Shown: positions 9,844 through 19,528 of the stretch, piece after piece
How positions within the stretch are numbered: position 1 is the stretch's first letter
Layout: each line of letters begins with the position of its first letter
NCBI GenBank assembly: GCA_028694155.1
Contig: JAQUTY010000002.1
Coordinates: forward strand, 160,115 to 224,114
Origin: Eubacteriales bacterium
GTDB lineage: Bacteria > Bacillota > Clostridia > Christensenellales > CAG-138
Direction of reading: 5' to 3'
Length of the DNA stretch: 64,000 nucleotides
The notes under the pieces: model-generated
What the model saw: the letters and a program-made list of their open reading frames with translations, nothing else
What the model was told of the DNA's origin: nothing
The model's database searches: none
Position numbers and translations under genes: made by a program

Positions 9844-11118
9844 TTAGATGCCCCAATCCGTGACACGCATTTTTGCGGTTAATATTCTGTATACGCTTTG
9901 ATTTAGCCGCTGCTCGCTTATTCTGCCGTCAGCCACCGCCGCATACAGTCCTGATAGAATCTGCCTTTGATAGTCGTGGTTAGCACCGCAGAGAATCAAA
10001 TCGCCGCCTGCCACAATGAACTGCACAGCAGCGTCCTCAAGGGTGTACCTGCCACGAAGCCCGGCCATGCGGAAATCATCGCTCATCACCAGTCCGTCAA
10101 AGCCCATTTGACCACGCAGAACGTCACAAATAAGCACGCTGGACATGGAAGCGATGTTGTCGCTGTCGATGTTGGGATAGTAGATATGTGCAACCATCAC
10201 TCCGTCTACTCCGCCGTTTACCGCCGCTTGGAAGGGAACAAGTTCGTAGCTGCTAAGCTCGTCAAGTGTTTTGTAGACAACAGGCGTGGTTGCATGGCTG
10301 TCCTTGTCGGTTGCGCCGTGTCCGGGGAAATGCTTGACAATCGACAGCGTTCCCGCCGTCTGTAAGCCCTCAATGCAGCTAAGACCTATGTCGGACGCAA
10401 TGCTCGCATCGCTCGAAATGATGCGCTTTTTTAGAAATGTTGAATCGGGGTTGGAAGCCACGTCAAGGCAGGGGGCAAGGTCTACATTGATACCAACGTT
10501 CTTTATGCCCTCACCTATCATTAAAAATTGACTGAACGCACGTTCGGTATCGTTGCTGTTGCCCAGCGTCCGTGCGTGAGTTGGCCAAGAGGGCCACTTG
10601 AAGCGTGTGACATCTCCGCCCTCAACGTCCGTGCTTATAAGCAGCGGAATACTGCTGCTGTTGTGTTCTTTAATATCGTTGGTCAAATTGTCGCATTGGG
10701 AGAAGCCGCCATCGGAATTTGTGCGGGAAATATTCTGTCCGTAAAGAATGACGTTGCCGATGTGATACTCGCTCATGATGGACGCAAACGAGGAAGAAAC
10801 TGAGCTTGTGCCGGAAAATCCGAACATGCAGAGCTGACCGATACGCTCCTCAACGGACATCTTTTCGATGTAGGACATCAGAGGGTCCGAGGGAGCTAAA
10901 AGGGGTGTTGGAGACGGTGTAATTTCTATGGTCGGTTCAGGAGTATCGGCTTGGGTCGGGACGGCAGTTGAAATGGGGGCGTTGGTTGCACCGGTGGTGA
11001 GCTGCACCGACTCAAAGGGCGTGGGGGTAATCACTGTGGGGGGATTTGCCTGTCCGCCTGCAGCCGAACAGCCTATTAACATTGATATAATCAAAAATAA
11101 AGCCGCAATCTTTTTCAT
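9844..11118 (-). CDS. Glycoside hydrolase family 3 N-terminal-domain lipoprotein (beta-N-acetylhexosaminidase/NagZ-like)
   Basis: Lipobox MLIGCSAA and a Thr/Pro linker. The GH3 motif KHFPGHGATDKDSH and GFDGLVMSDD are present. Confidence 0.8.
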   Translation of the reverse strand: MKKIAALFLIISMLIGCSAAGGQANPPTVITPTPFESVQLTTGATNAPISTAVPTQADTPEPTIEITPSPTPLLAPSDPLMSYIEKMSVEERIGQLCMFGFSGTSSVSSSFASIMSEYHIGNVILYGQNISRTNSDGGFSQCDNLTNDIKEHNSSSIPLLISTDVEGGDVTRFKWPSWPTHARTLGNSNDTERAFSQFLMIGEGIKNVGINVDLAPCLDVASNPDSTFLKKRIISSDASIASDIGLSCIEGLQTAGTLSIVKHFPGHGATDKDSHATTPVVYKTLDELSSYELVPFQAAVNGGVDGVMVAHIYYPNIDSDNIASMSSVLICDVLRGQMGFDGLVMSDDFRMAGLRGRYTLEDAAVQFIVAGGDLILCGANHDYQRQILSGLYAAVADGRISEQRLNQSVYRILTAKMRVTDWGI

Positions 11119-11287
11119 GCGGCTATATTACCACAACTTTTGATGGTTTACAAGTTCGAGTCACGTCGATTCCTTGAGGTTGTCCGAAAGTGCCAAAAGC
11201 TTAACAAAATTCCATATTCTTTCCACATTTTGTCCCTTTGCCGTTCAAATTCGTGGTCTATACTAGCGGACATAAGGAGATGAGCTT

Positions 11288-12454
11288 ATGGAATATTATC
11301 AAAACGGAAAGCAAAAAACAGCAGTTGCACTTCCAGTCTTTATTTGTTGCATCGTACTATGCGCCTTGATAGGTTTGGCGTCGGGCTTGCTTTTGATAAA
11401 GGGCAGCAACGGCACGACAGAACCGATTGCACAAGCCGACCAACCTGTCACGACAACTGCGCCGCTTACCCAAGTGTCCTCAGATGCAAGCGCATTTAAG
11501 ACACCCTCCGCAGATGGCGGATATACAAAGGCACAGATAGTTGAGATGTGCGCTCCCTCCGTGGTGGGAATAGACGTTACCGTTATGCAGAGCAGCTACT
11601 ACTATGGCAACTATGAATCAACGGGCAGCGGCAGCGGAGTGATTTTGACCGAGGACGGCTACATTGCCACCTGTGCGCATGTTGTCGATGGGGCAAGCGA
11701 CATAAAAGTAACCCTAAACGATGACACGACCTATCCTGCAACCCTTGTGGGAACAGATTCCAGAAATGATATTGCCATTATCAAGATTGAAGCCGAGGGA
11801 CTTATGGCAGCGACTATCGGGGACTCCGATATGCTGACCGTTGGCGAGGACGTTATTGCAATAGGCAATCCCTTAGGAGAGCTTCGAGGAACGGCAACGG
11901 CAGGCATTATCTCTGCTGTACGGCGCACGGTCGAGGTCGAGGGCGTAGAGATGGAGCTTATCCAAACGGACGCAGCCATCAGTCCGGGCAATTCGGGCGG
12001 CGGTCTGTTCGACAGCAACGGAAATCTTATTGGCATAGTCAACGCCAAGGTCAGCGATTCCGATGCCGAGGGTTTAGGCTTTGCAATTCCTGTCAACAAT
12101 GTTTTTAGCGAGATAAACCAGCTTATGACTCAGGGCTATGTCTCAGGACGTGCGTATTTGGGCGTGTATACCCAGAACGTGACCGTCCGCAACAACGGCG
12201 GTATGTACTTTGGCGGCGCAACCTACTGCGTACAGGTTACATCAATCGTAGCAGGAGGAGCTGCCGAGCAAGCAGGAATACAGGCAGGCGACCTAATTCT
12301 TGCGGTCGATGAAACGAGTATTTCATCGAATACAGACCTTGCCGATGTAATTGCTGCATACAACGCAGGCGACACGGCAACACTAACAATACAGCGGGAC
12401 GGACAGCAGAGCACGGTTACTGTCACCTTCGGAGAAAACGTTCCGCAGAGCTAA
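11288..12454 (+). CDS. HtrA/DegP-family serine protease with an N-terminal membrane anchor and a C-terminal PDZ domain
   Basis: Catalytic triad contexts ATCAHVV, NDIAIIK and GNSGGGLF. The C-terminal part is PDZ-like (GAAEQAGIQAGDLILAVD). AAGGAG lies upstream. Confidence 0.88.
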   Translation: MEYYQNGKQKTAVALPVFICCIVLCALIGLASGLLLIKGSNGTTEPIAQADQPVTTTAPLTQVSSDASAFKTPSADGGYTKAQIVEMCAPSVVGIDVTVMQSSYYYGNYESTGSGSGVILTEDGYIATCAHVVDGASDIKVTLNDDTTYPATLVGTDSRNDIAIIKIEAEGLMAATIGDSDMLTVGEDVIAIGNPLGELRGTATAGIISAVRRTVEVEGVEMELIQTDAAISPGNSGGGLFDSNGNLIGIVNAKVSDSDAEGLGFAIPVNNVFSEINQLMTQGYVSGRAYLGVYTQNVTVRNNGGMYFGGATYCVQVTSIVAGGAAEQAGIQAGDLILAVDETSISSNTDLADVIAAYNAGDTATLTIQRDGQQSTVTVTFGENVPQS

Positions 12455-12665
12455 TCCCCTACACACAATATCCACCATTTTATCGGTGTTTATTGATACC
12501 CTCCCCTTTATAAGTGTCCTGCAAGGCAGGGCGGCATGACGGATACCCCCTTCCGTCCGTCATTGTCAAAAGCATCGTCCACTCCCCCCCGGACGGTGCT
12601 TCTTATTTTTGGACGGCTTTTCAATCCAAGACTGTCCGTTGCATGTGCAGAAAAAGGGTGGTATA

Positions 12666-13226
12666 ATGATAAAAATGGAGGATATTGATATGGAAAGCAA
12701 GAATTTGCGGTTTATACAAAGGGTTTTGAATGTAATTAGGATTTTCAACAAGATTGCCATGATAGTCTGCATCGTGAGCGCAGCGTTGGCTGCCGTGATG
12801 GGGCTGCTGGCACTCATGCCGTGGGCGGCAGATGTCGAAAAAACGATTGTCAAGACCTTTGGAATTGGCGATGCTGTTCCCCATATTTTGGCAGCAAGGT
12901 CTTTGGCGGCAGCGGTCAGTCTGGTGTTCTCCGCCATCATTACGGGACTGATTGATAAATACCTTGTGGCGGAGCGCAAGGACGGAACCCCCTTTACGAT
13001 GGAGGGCGCAAACATGGTAAAGCATCTGGGCATCAGGTGCATCGTTCTTTCGATGGTTGGGGTGATAGTAGCAGCTACAATCTGTGCCATTGCAGGAGCG
13101 AACCAAGTTGATGCGGTATACGGCAGCTATGCAGGAGTTGGAATATGGCTGCTCATCATTACGCCTGTGCTGCGTTACGGTGCGGAGCTGAGAGAAAAGG
13201 CGGAGAAGGCAGACAAGCCCGAATAA
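12666..13226 (+). CDS. Hypothetical polytopic membrane protein (possibly DUF2975-like)
   Basis: ORF 12609..13226. I moved the start to the ATG at 12666, which follows AAGGGTGG. There are four hydrophobic segments and a conserved-looking DGTPFT loop. Confidence 0.5.
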   Translation: MIKMEDIDMESKNLRFIQRVLNVIRIFNKIAMIVCIVSAALAAVMGLLALMPWAADVEKTIVKTFGIGDAVPHILAARSLAAAVSLVFSAIITGLIDKYLVAERKDGTPFTMEGANMVKHLGIRCIVLSMVGVIVAATICAIAGANQVDAVYGSYAGVGIWLLIITPVLRYGAELREKAEKADKPE

Positions 13227-13242
13227 AACCCAATATACAGCT

Positions 13243-13271
13243 AAGAACGCCTAAAGTATCTAGGCGTTCTT
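13243..13271. terminator. Bidirectional hairpin between convergent genes
   Basis: AAGAACGCCTA (13243-13253) and TAGGCGTTCTT (13261-13271) form a perfect 11-bp stem with a 7-nt loop. A T-rich stretch follows. The right arm overlaps the stop codon of the glycosyltransferase gene. Confidence 0.6.
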
Positions 13272-14387
13272 TTGTATGTAGCTGATGATGTTTTGAGAGG
13301 CGTTTGCGGAAACGCACTCACGTTGGGCGGACAGCATACCTTGAATTTGAGCTGTGTTATTGATTAGGCCTAGGGCGACCCTTGCCGCCTCCTTTTCATT
13401 TGTGACCTTGACGGACATTCCGTGGTCGGCATAAAAGCTGGCGGTGTTGGACTCGTTCGATGCCCTAGCGATATGAACGAGGGGAATATTTGCAGCGGCA
13501 GCTTCGGAGCTTGCAAGCCCATCGGGACGCAGAATCATTACGTCCGCCGCATTCATATACAGACAGACCTTCTCGTTGTAGGTGACGGTTCGTATCTTTG
13601 GGGTGCCTAGGTAGCGTCTGTCCAACTCGTCCTTCATGTCATCGTTGCGCCCAACCAACACATAGGCGGTCAAGTCGTTTATCGGGGAGCTTAACAGCTC
13701 ATCACAGATAGCGGCAACGCTTTTGTAGCTGCTTCCAACAGAAGAAATCAGCAACACCTTTTGGCTCTTTGGTATGACAAGATAATTGCGTGCAGCGACC
13801 CTATCGGTGCGCACAAAGAAATTATCGCTTACAGGAACGCCTGTGCAATGGATTCGTGCTGTGGGCACGCCTTTGCCTGCAAGAATGGGTATGAGCGAGG
13901 AGTGCGGAATGAAGTAGCCGTCCAATTTAGCGTCCGAAAAGGAATTGGGGCAGGAATAATCCGTCAAAACTCCGTAGCAGGGAATGGGCAGGGGCGAACG
14001 CTTTTTAGCAACTGACAGGGCTTCTGCGGCATATTCATGCGCACAGATAATTGCATCGAAGCCTCCGCCAACGATATAGGTGTGCATGAGCTTTGCATAT
14101 TGAGAGTTGGCAAAATAAGCCGAATAAGCAAGTCGGGAACGGTTGTAGTAGTAACCCACCTTGCCTATAAAGCTGAATGCGGAGGTCGCCTTTTTGACGC
14201 CGCCATCATACGAACATGAAACTACTTTTCTGACCTTGTCGCTGCCAAATGTGAGAGGATCGACCAGCTCATATGCAACGCCGATTTTTTCCAATGCCTC
14301 TGCTATGGCGTATGCTGCGCTGATATGTCCCCCACCCAAATCACAGCTAAGTATCAGGAGTTTGCCAACTGCCATCTGCTTATCCAA
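13260..14387 (-). CDS. Diacylglycerol glycosyltransferase (MGDG-synthase-type GT28 / UgtP-like)
   Basis: The N-terminal KLLILSCDLGGGHISAAYAIAEAL resembles the MGDG-synthase domain, followed by a GT-B C-terminal half. The gene sits directly after acpP. The real start may be the ATG at 14375. Confidence 0.7.
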   Translation of the reverse strand: MDKQMAVGKLLILSCDLGGGHISAAYAIAEALEKIGVAYELVDPLTFGSDKVRKVVSCSYDGGVKKATSAFSFIGKVGYYYNRSRLAYSAYFANSQYAKLMHTYIVGGGFDAIICAHEYAAEALSVAKKRSPLPIPCYGVLTDYSCPNSFSDAKLDGYFIPHSSLIPILAGKGVPTARIHCTGVPVSDNFFVRTDRVAARNYLVIPKSQKVLLISSVGSSYKSVAAICDELLSSPINDLTAYVLVGRNDDMKDELDRRYLGTPKIRTVTYNEKVCLYMNAADVMILRPDGLASSEAAAANIPLVHIARASNESNTASFYADHGMSVKVTNEKEAARVALGLINNTAQIQGMLSAQRECVSANASQNIISYIQKNA

Positions 14388-14612
14388 TTATTTCTGACTG
14401 TCCAGATAATCGACAATATCCCTAACCTTGCGGAAGCTGGCGAGCTTTTCATCGGGAATGGAAATGCCATATTCTGATTCTACGGACATCAGCAGCTCCA
14501 GCACATCGAGCGAATCTGCGCCCAAGTCTTCGGAAATACTGGAATCAAGAGTGATGCGTTCCTCCTCAATTCGGAGCTGCTCACTAAGCAGTCTTTTTAC
14601 GTTTTCAAACAT
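14388..14612 (-). CDS. acpP: Acyl carrier protein
   Basis: 74 aa with the phosphopantetheine attachment motif LGADSLDVLELLM. AAAGGAGAA lies upstream. Confidence 0.92.
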   Translation of the reverse strand: MFENVKRLLSEQLRIEEERITLDSSISEDLGADSLDVLELLMSVESEYGISIPDEKLASFRKVRDIVDYLDSQK

Positions 14613-14624
14613 TGTTGTTCTCCT

Positions 14625-15644
14625 TTATCTTTTAATGATGGGCAGCTTTTCAATCGCCGCCTCAGCATTTTGAGTGTAGTTTCCTGCATCGGACAGATAG
14701 ACCTGCTCGATACATTTTGCAATACCACGAGCCTTGCTGCTGCCGTGTCCCTTGACTATGACCTTCTTTGCGCCAAGCAGAACGCTGCCGCCATAGTTCT
14801 CGTAGTTCATGAATTCCTTTTCCGCTTTGAACATTTTGCTCATAAGCAGTGCGCCCAGCTTGTTGATAAAGCGTGAGTTAATGTCCTTTTTGAGCTTTTT
14901 GAGCACCTCCAGACACGCTCCCTCGGTGGACTTGATAAGCACGTTGCCCGAAAAGCCGTCACAGACCACAAGGTCGTACTTGCCACTCATCAAATCGCGG
15001 CTCTCCATATTGCCCACAAAGTTTATTCCCTCGGTGGTCAAAAGGCGAGCAAAGGTATCCTTGCGCAGAGTGTCGCCCTTCTCGGTCTCAACGCCTACGT
15101 TCAAAAGAGCCACACGGGGCTTGCTGACGCCGCAAACAAGCTCCATATACAGGCTGCCCATGACCGCAAACTGCTCAAGATAATCGGGGGTACATTCAAC
15201 GTTGGCGCCGCTGTCGCACACGCCCACTACTCCTCCGTTCATCGTGGGCATAACAGGACAGAATGCAGGACGAATAACGCCCCTAAGCCGTCCAATTCTA
15301 AATACTGCGCCTGCAACCAGCGAACCGGTCGCACCCACGGAAACCATTCCTGCGATTGAATCATCGGCACGAAGCGTCTCAATAGCTTTGACCAAGGAGC
15401 TGTCTTTTCTGAGGCGTATGACATCGGTAGGCTTCTCATCGGCTGCAATGACATCGGGTGCGTGAATAATCTCTATTCTTGAGGTGTCGCAGCAAAAGGA
15501 CTTGAGCTTTTCAAAAATGACGTTTTGGTCGCCGGTGAGAATCAAGTTGAGGTCATCGTGGGCGTTAAGTGCTAAAGCTGCTGCCTCAACGTTGGCAAGC
15601 GGACTGTTGTCGCCGCCAAAGCAGTCCAGAATGATTCTAGGCAT
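14625..15644 (-). CDS. plsX: Phosphate acyltransferase PlsX
   Basis: The N-terminal IILDCFGGDNSP and the overall length and pattern match PlsX. The gene is adjacent to acpP. Confidence 0.9.
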   Translation of the reverse strand: MPRIILDCFGGDNSPLANVEAAALALNAHDDLNLILTGDQNVIFEKLKSFCCDTSRIEIIHAPDVIAADEKPTDVIRLRKDSSLVKAIETLRADDSIAGMVSVGATGSLVAGAVFRIGRLRGVIRPAFCPVMPTMNGGVVGVCDSGANVECTPDYLEQFAVMGSLYMELVCGVSKPRVALLNVGVETEKGDTLRKDTFARLLTTEGINFVGNMESRDLMSGKYDLVVCDGFSGNVLIKSTEGACLEVLKKLKKDINSRFINKLGALLMSKMFKAEKEFMNYENYGGSVLLGAKKVIVKGHGSSKARGIAKCIEQVYLSDAGNYTQNAEAAIEKLPIIKR

Positions 15645-16773
15645 TGCTGTCCTCCGTCAACTTTTTTATGTAGGAGCGTCTGCGCTTATGATTGACCGCC
15701 TTGAATCTGCGCCATTGGTTTTGAATGGCGAAGTTGGTTTCAAGATTGAGGTTCGTCTCGGCGTATATGATGCCGTCCTCTTTGAGCATTCTCATCAAGC
15801 CTGCCGACACCGCCGTGCTTATTCCTCTGTTGGCATATTCGGGCGCAACACCCACCAAACCCAAGTCCAGTATCTCAGGCTTCTTGATTGCCTTTAGCAG
15901 ACGGATAAGGGTGGGAATGGTCAGCCTGCCGCCCGACTTTTGCACCGCTTTTGCGATGGAGGGGAAGCAGATTCCAAGGCAAACAAGATTGTCGTCCTTG
16001 TCCAAAATGACAGCAACGTGCTTTATATCCACAATCATTTTGAAACTGCCGATGAGCATTTTCTTTGTGCCTGCCGTGAAAGGAACCGTACCATAGAGGT
16101 CATTATAGGAAATATCCAGAAGGTCAAAGAACTTGTCGGCGTACTTTTTGAGAAAATCGTTGACGTTCTTTGACGGGCCAAAATGCAGCTCATAGCGGTC
16201 GAAGATGAACTCGGTCATCTTATCCAGCTTGTCGTCAGGCTCATCGGGCAGGTAGATTTTGCTTTCAAGCCAGTCTACCTCCTTTTGATAGCCGCAGTTG
16301 GAGATGAGCGTCTGGTAATAGTCTGCGTTGTATTGCTCCTCAAAGGTGGAAAGCTCATCAAAGCCCTCAATCAGCAGACCTTCACGCTCTAAATCGGAAA
16401 AACCGAGTGGGCCGCAGATGGTGTCCATGCCCTTTGAAACGCCCCATTTTTCTACTGCTGCAAACAGAGCGTCTGCGACCTGCTGATCGTTTATGCTGTC
16501 AAATCTGGTGAAGCGAATACGCTTTTGTCCGGTCTTTTCATTGCTTGCCTTTTGCAGAATGCCGGAAATTCGACCGACCATGATGCCGTCCTTGTAGGCA
16601 TTGTAATAGACCGCCTCGCAGGTATCATAATAGACATAATCGGAACGAAACATCTTTTTTTCATCGCCGTAAAGCGGCGGAACGAAGCAGGGGTTGTCCC
16701 GATACAGCTTGAGTGGAAAATTGAGAAAATCCTTCTGGAGCTTTTTGGTTGTAGCCTCGACTATATTTATCAT
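15637..16773 (-). CDS. GNAT-fold acyltransferase-like protein of unknown substrate
   Basis: ORF 15637..16800. I prefer the start at MINIVEATTKK (16773). The C-terminal region LGLVGVAPEYANRGISTAVSAGLMRML resembles GNAT motif A. The stop overlaps the plsX start by 8 nt. Confidence 0.55.
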   Translation of the reverse strand: MINIVEATTKKLQKDFLNFPLKLYRDNPCFVPPLYGDEKKMFRSDYVYYDTCEAVYYNAYKDGIMVGRISGILQKASNEKTGQKRIRFTRFDSINDQQVADALFAAVEKWGVSKGMDTICGPLGFSDLEREGLLIEGFDELSTFEEQYNADYYQTLISNCGYQKEVDWLESKIYLPDEPDDKLDKMTEFIFDRYELHFGPSKNVNDFLKKYADKFFDLLDISYNDLYGTVPFTAGTKKMLIGSFKMIVDIKHVAVILDKDDNLVCLGICFPSIAKAVQKSGGRLTIPTLIRLLKAIKKPEILDLGLVGVAPEYANRGISTAVSAGLMRMLKEDGIIYAETNLNLETNFAIQNQWRRFKAVNHKRRRSYIKKLTEDSNA

Positions 16774-16783
16774 ACTGTCCCCG

Positions 16784-17653
16784 TTATCTATGCTTTGCAT
16801 GGAAGCAAACGCCCATGGAGTTCGGGCCGCAATGGCTTCCTGCCGTGGGGTTTAACAAAAGGCAGTGAATGTCCAGCTTATCGCCGTATTTGGCGGTGAG
16901 CATAGAGATGAACTCCTCTGCAAAATCTCCTGAATCGGCATGGGCAATGAAAACACGATGCTTATCTATGTCCTCACCCAGCTCATCTACATATGCAAGC
17001 AAGCGTTCAAGAGCTTTGACCCTGCCACGCTCCTTGCCGATGCTGACCATCTTGCCGTCTGCATTCATGTAGATTATCGGACGAACGCCAAGCAGCGTGC
17101 CCATCGTTGCGGTAATTCCGCCAACACGACCGCTTCTTTTGAAGAATTTCAAATCATCGGCAAAGTAATAGGTTGCAAATTTGTAGATACCCGTCTTTGC
17201 CCATTCCACAATCTGCTCGGCAGTCTTGCCTTCGTTGCGCATATCGCCAATCTCAAGGGCTATGTTCAATCCTCCAATGCTGATGCAACGGGTGTCGATG
17301 GCGTAGAACTTTCTATCGGGATACTTCTCCAACAAATCCTTTACGGCAGCATCCATGTTGCCAAAGGTCATGCTCATAGCTTTTGAAAAATGGACGTACA
17401 GAATGTCGTTGCCTGCGGCAAACTCCGGCTCAAAGTAGGCTTTGTACTTGTCGATGCCTATTGCGCTTGTGGTGGGGGTAACGCCGCCTCGGAGCATGTC
17501 GTAGAACTCTTTTGACTTAAATTCTTCAAAGTCCTCATAGGGATAGATGGTCTTGCCGTCAATGCTGTAAGGCATACTTATCAGCTTGAAGCCGTGTTCC
17601 TTTGCCAGCTTGGGCGTCATATCACAATCTGTGTCGGCAAATAATGTATACAT
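16784..17653 (-). CDS. DegV-family fatty-acid-binding protein
   Basis: MYTLFADTDCDMTP... and the overall pattern are typical of DegV. The start at 17653 follows AAGGAGG. The track ORF extends to 17680. Confidence 0.85.
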   Translation of the reverse strand: MYTLFADTDCDMTPKLAKEHGFKLISMPYSIDGKTIYPYEDFEEFKSKEFYDMLRGGVTPTTSAIGIDKYKAYFEPEFAAGNDILYVHFSKAMSMTFGNMDAAVKDLLEKYPDRKFYAIDTRCISIGGLNIALEIGDMRNEGKTAEQIVEWAKTGIYKFATYYFADDLKFFKRSGRVGGITATMGTLLGVRPIIYMNADGKMVSIGKERGRVKALERLLAYVDELGEDIDKHRVFIAHADSGDFAEEFISMLTAKYGDKLDIHCLLLNPTAGSHCGPNSMGVCFHAKHR

Positions 17654-17672
17654 TGTGTTCCTCCTTATAAAA

Positions 17673-19331
17673 TCACTCAAAAATGATTATGTAATCATAG
17701 ACCGCCTGCCCGCCATCGAGCAGAATGACCTCGGTGCGCTTGTACTGTGCGCCCAAATCGGCACAAAGCTGCTCCGCTTCCTCAACAGGTGCATCGGAAC
17801 CTCGAACAAGAATCATCACATCACGAGAACCTGCATCCAGCAGCTGACAAAGGTCTGCCACGGCACTCGTTCTGTCGGGCTTTGCACAATGGATTTTTCC
17901 TCGGGCAATGCCTATATACTCACCTGCGCTGACGTGCAAGCCGTTTGAAGAACTGTCCCTAATGGCTCGTGAAATTTCGCCTGTGACAACGCCCTCCATC
18001 GAGCCAATGGCAAGAGCCTCAATCTGGTCTGCATCGCCCGAAGCATCGTCATACATGGAAAGTGCCGCATAGCCGTCTCCGATGGTGCGAGAGGGAATTA
18101 CTCGAATGTCGGACTTGTCATAAAGCTCTGCTGCCTGTCTTGCGGTTAAAAGAATGTTGCCGTTGTTTGGCAAAACAAAGATTGTTTCGGCGTTCACCTC
18201 GTCAAAGGCACGAATGAAGTCCTCGGCAGAGGGGTTCATACATTGACCGCCCTCGACCACATAGCTTGCGCCAAGGTCGGTGAAGGTCTGCTTGATGCCT
18301 GCGCCGCAAGCAACCGCAACGATGCCAAAGGCACGCTTGCGCTCGATTTTTGGGGGCGAAAAACGATTTTGAATGGTGACATCGTTGTGCTGAAGGGTCA
18401 TATTTTCTATCTTTACTGTCAGATACTCGCCGTAGGCTTGTCCAAAGCCCAGCACCACGCCCGGTGTCATCGTGTGGACGTGTACCTTTACGATGCTGCC
18501 GTCCAAAAAGACCACAACGGAATCGCCAATCGAGTTGAGATAGTTTGAAAAATCTGCAATGTCAAAGCTGTCAATGTCGACTTTTGATGATTGAAGCTGC
18601 AAGAGAAATTCTGTGCAGTAACCAAAGGTCATAACGCTGTTCTCGTTAAATGAGGAGGTATCCACGGTCTTGTGCGAAGTGCCGCTTGCCGTATGCTCCT
18701 CAAAGGGGGTGTCAACACCGTCAAGAACGTTTTTCATTCCCTCAATGATGTAGACAAAGCCTGCACCGCCGCTGTCGACCACGCCCGCTTCCTTGAGCAC
18801 CGCCAATAGTTCGGGCGTGCGCTCCAAGGATCTGCGAAGCTCCAAGGTGAAGTTGTTGAAGTATTGATGAAGGGTGCTGTCCTCGGTGACAAGTGAATTG
18901 GCGTAGCGAACGGCGTCCTTGTACACAGTCAATATCGTGCCCTCAATGGGGACGGAGACAGCACCGTAGGCATGGCTTACGCCACGCTCAAAGGCAGCGC
19001 CAAGTGATTTTACATCGGCATTGGGACAGCCCTTGAAACCCTCGGCTATGCCTGCAAAGATTCGTGAAAGTATTACGCCTGAATTTCCTCTTGCTCCAAG
19101 GAGCATTCCGTGTGCCGCAGAAGCGGACACGCTCTCAAGAGAATCGCTGTGCTCCAAGCAGGCGGCGTTGCAGCCAGCCTCGACAGTCATATACATATTG
19201 TCGCCCGTGTCGCCATCCGGAATTGGGAATACATTGAGATCGTTCACAATGGAACGATTCTGCCGAATGTTCAGCGATCCGCCACGCATCATGTTGGCAA
19301 AAAGGTTTCCGTTCAGTCTTTCGGTTTCCAT
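17673..19331 (-). CDS. DAK2 (DhaL-like) domain protein, YloV type
   Basis: The DhaL motif PIPDGDTGDNMYMT is present. The 552-aa two-domain architecture is typical of YloV. Confidence 0.85.
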   Translation of the reverse strand: METERLNGNLFANMMRGGSLNIRQNRSIVNDLNVFPIPDGDTGDNMYMTVEAGCNAACLEHSDSLESVSASAAHGMLLGARGNSGVILSRIFAGIAEGFKGCPNADVKSLGAAFERGVSHAYGAVSVPIEGTILTVYKDAVRYANSLVTEDSTLHQYFNNFTLELRRSLERTPELLAVLKEAGVVDSGGAGFVYIIEGMKNVLDGVDTPFEEHTASGTSHKTVDTSSFNENSVMTFGYCTEFLLQLQSSKVDIDSFDIADFSNYLNSIGDSVVVFLDGSIVKVHVHTMTPGVVLGFGQAYGEYLTVKIENMTLQHNDVTIQNRFSPPKIERKRAFGIVAVACGAGIKQTFTDLGASYVVEGGQCMNPSAEDFIRAFDEVNAETIFVLPNNGNILLTARQAAELYDKSDIRVIPSRTIGDGYAALSMYDDASGDADQIEALAIGSMEGVVTGEISRAIRDSSSNGLHVSAGEYIGIARGKIHCAKPDRTSAVADLCQLLDAGSRDVMILVRGSDAPVEEAEQLCADLGAQYKRTEVILLDGGQAVYDYIIIFE

Positions 19332-19379
19332 AAATCTTTAGAACCTCTAATTGTTGGTTTGTGCGAATTATGACCATTC

Positions 19380-19409
19380 TTGACATATTTCACACTTGTG
19401 TATTATAAT
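19380..19409 (+). promoter_or_regulatory. Putative sigma-A promoter of the TetR / membrane-protein pair
   Basis: TTGACA (19380-19385), 18-nt spacer, TATAAT (19404-19409). A TTCACACT motif lies in the spacer and recurs near 19487 next to a CACACT...AGTGTG inverted repeat. These are candidate TetR operators. Confidence 0.5.
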
Positions 19410-19528
19410 CTAGTTGCGCTAAGAATTGAAGGACACTTTTGTCGGTATTTGGGACTTATTACCCATTTCGACACATTGCGTATAATAATTCACACTCTTG
19501 GCAATTAGTGTGTAAGAAAGGCGAAAAA

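Noticed and set aside
12566-13106. Two minus-strand ORFs (174 and 161 aa) overlapping the 12609..13226 plus-strand ORF.
   Set aside because: The plus-strand frame gives four clean hydrophobic helices and has a good ribosome-binding site at the 12666 start. The minus frames are compositionally odd and lack start signals. The call still carries only moderate confidence.
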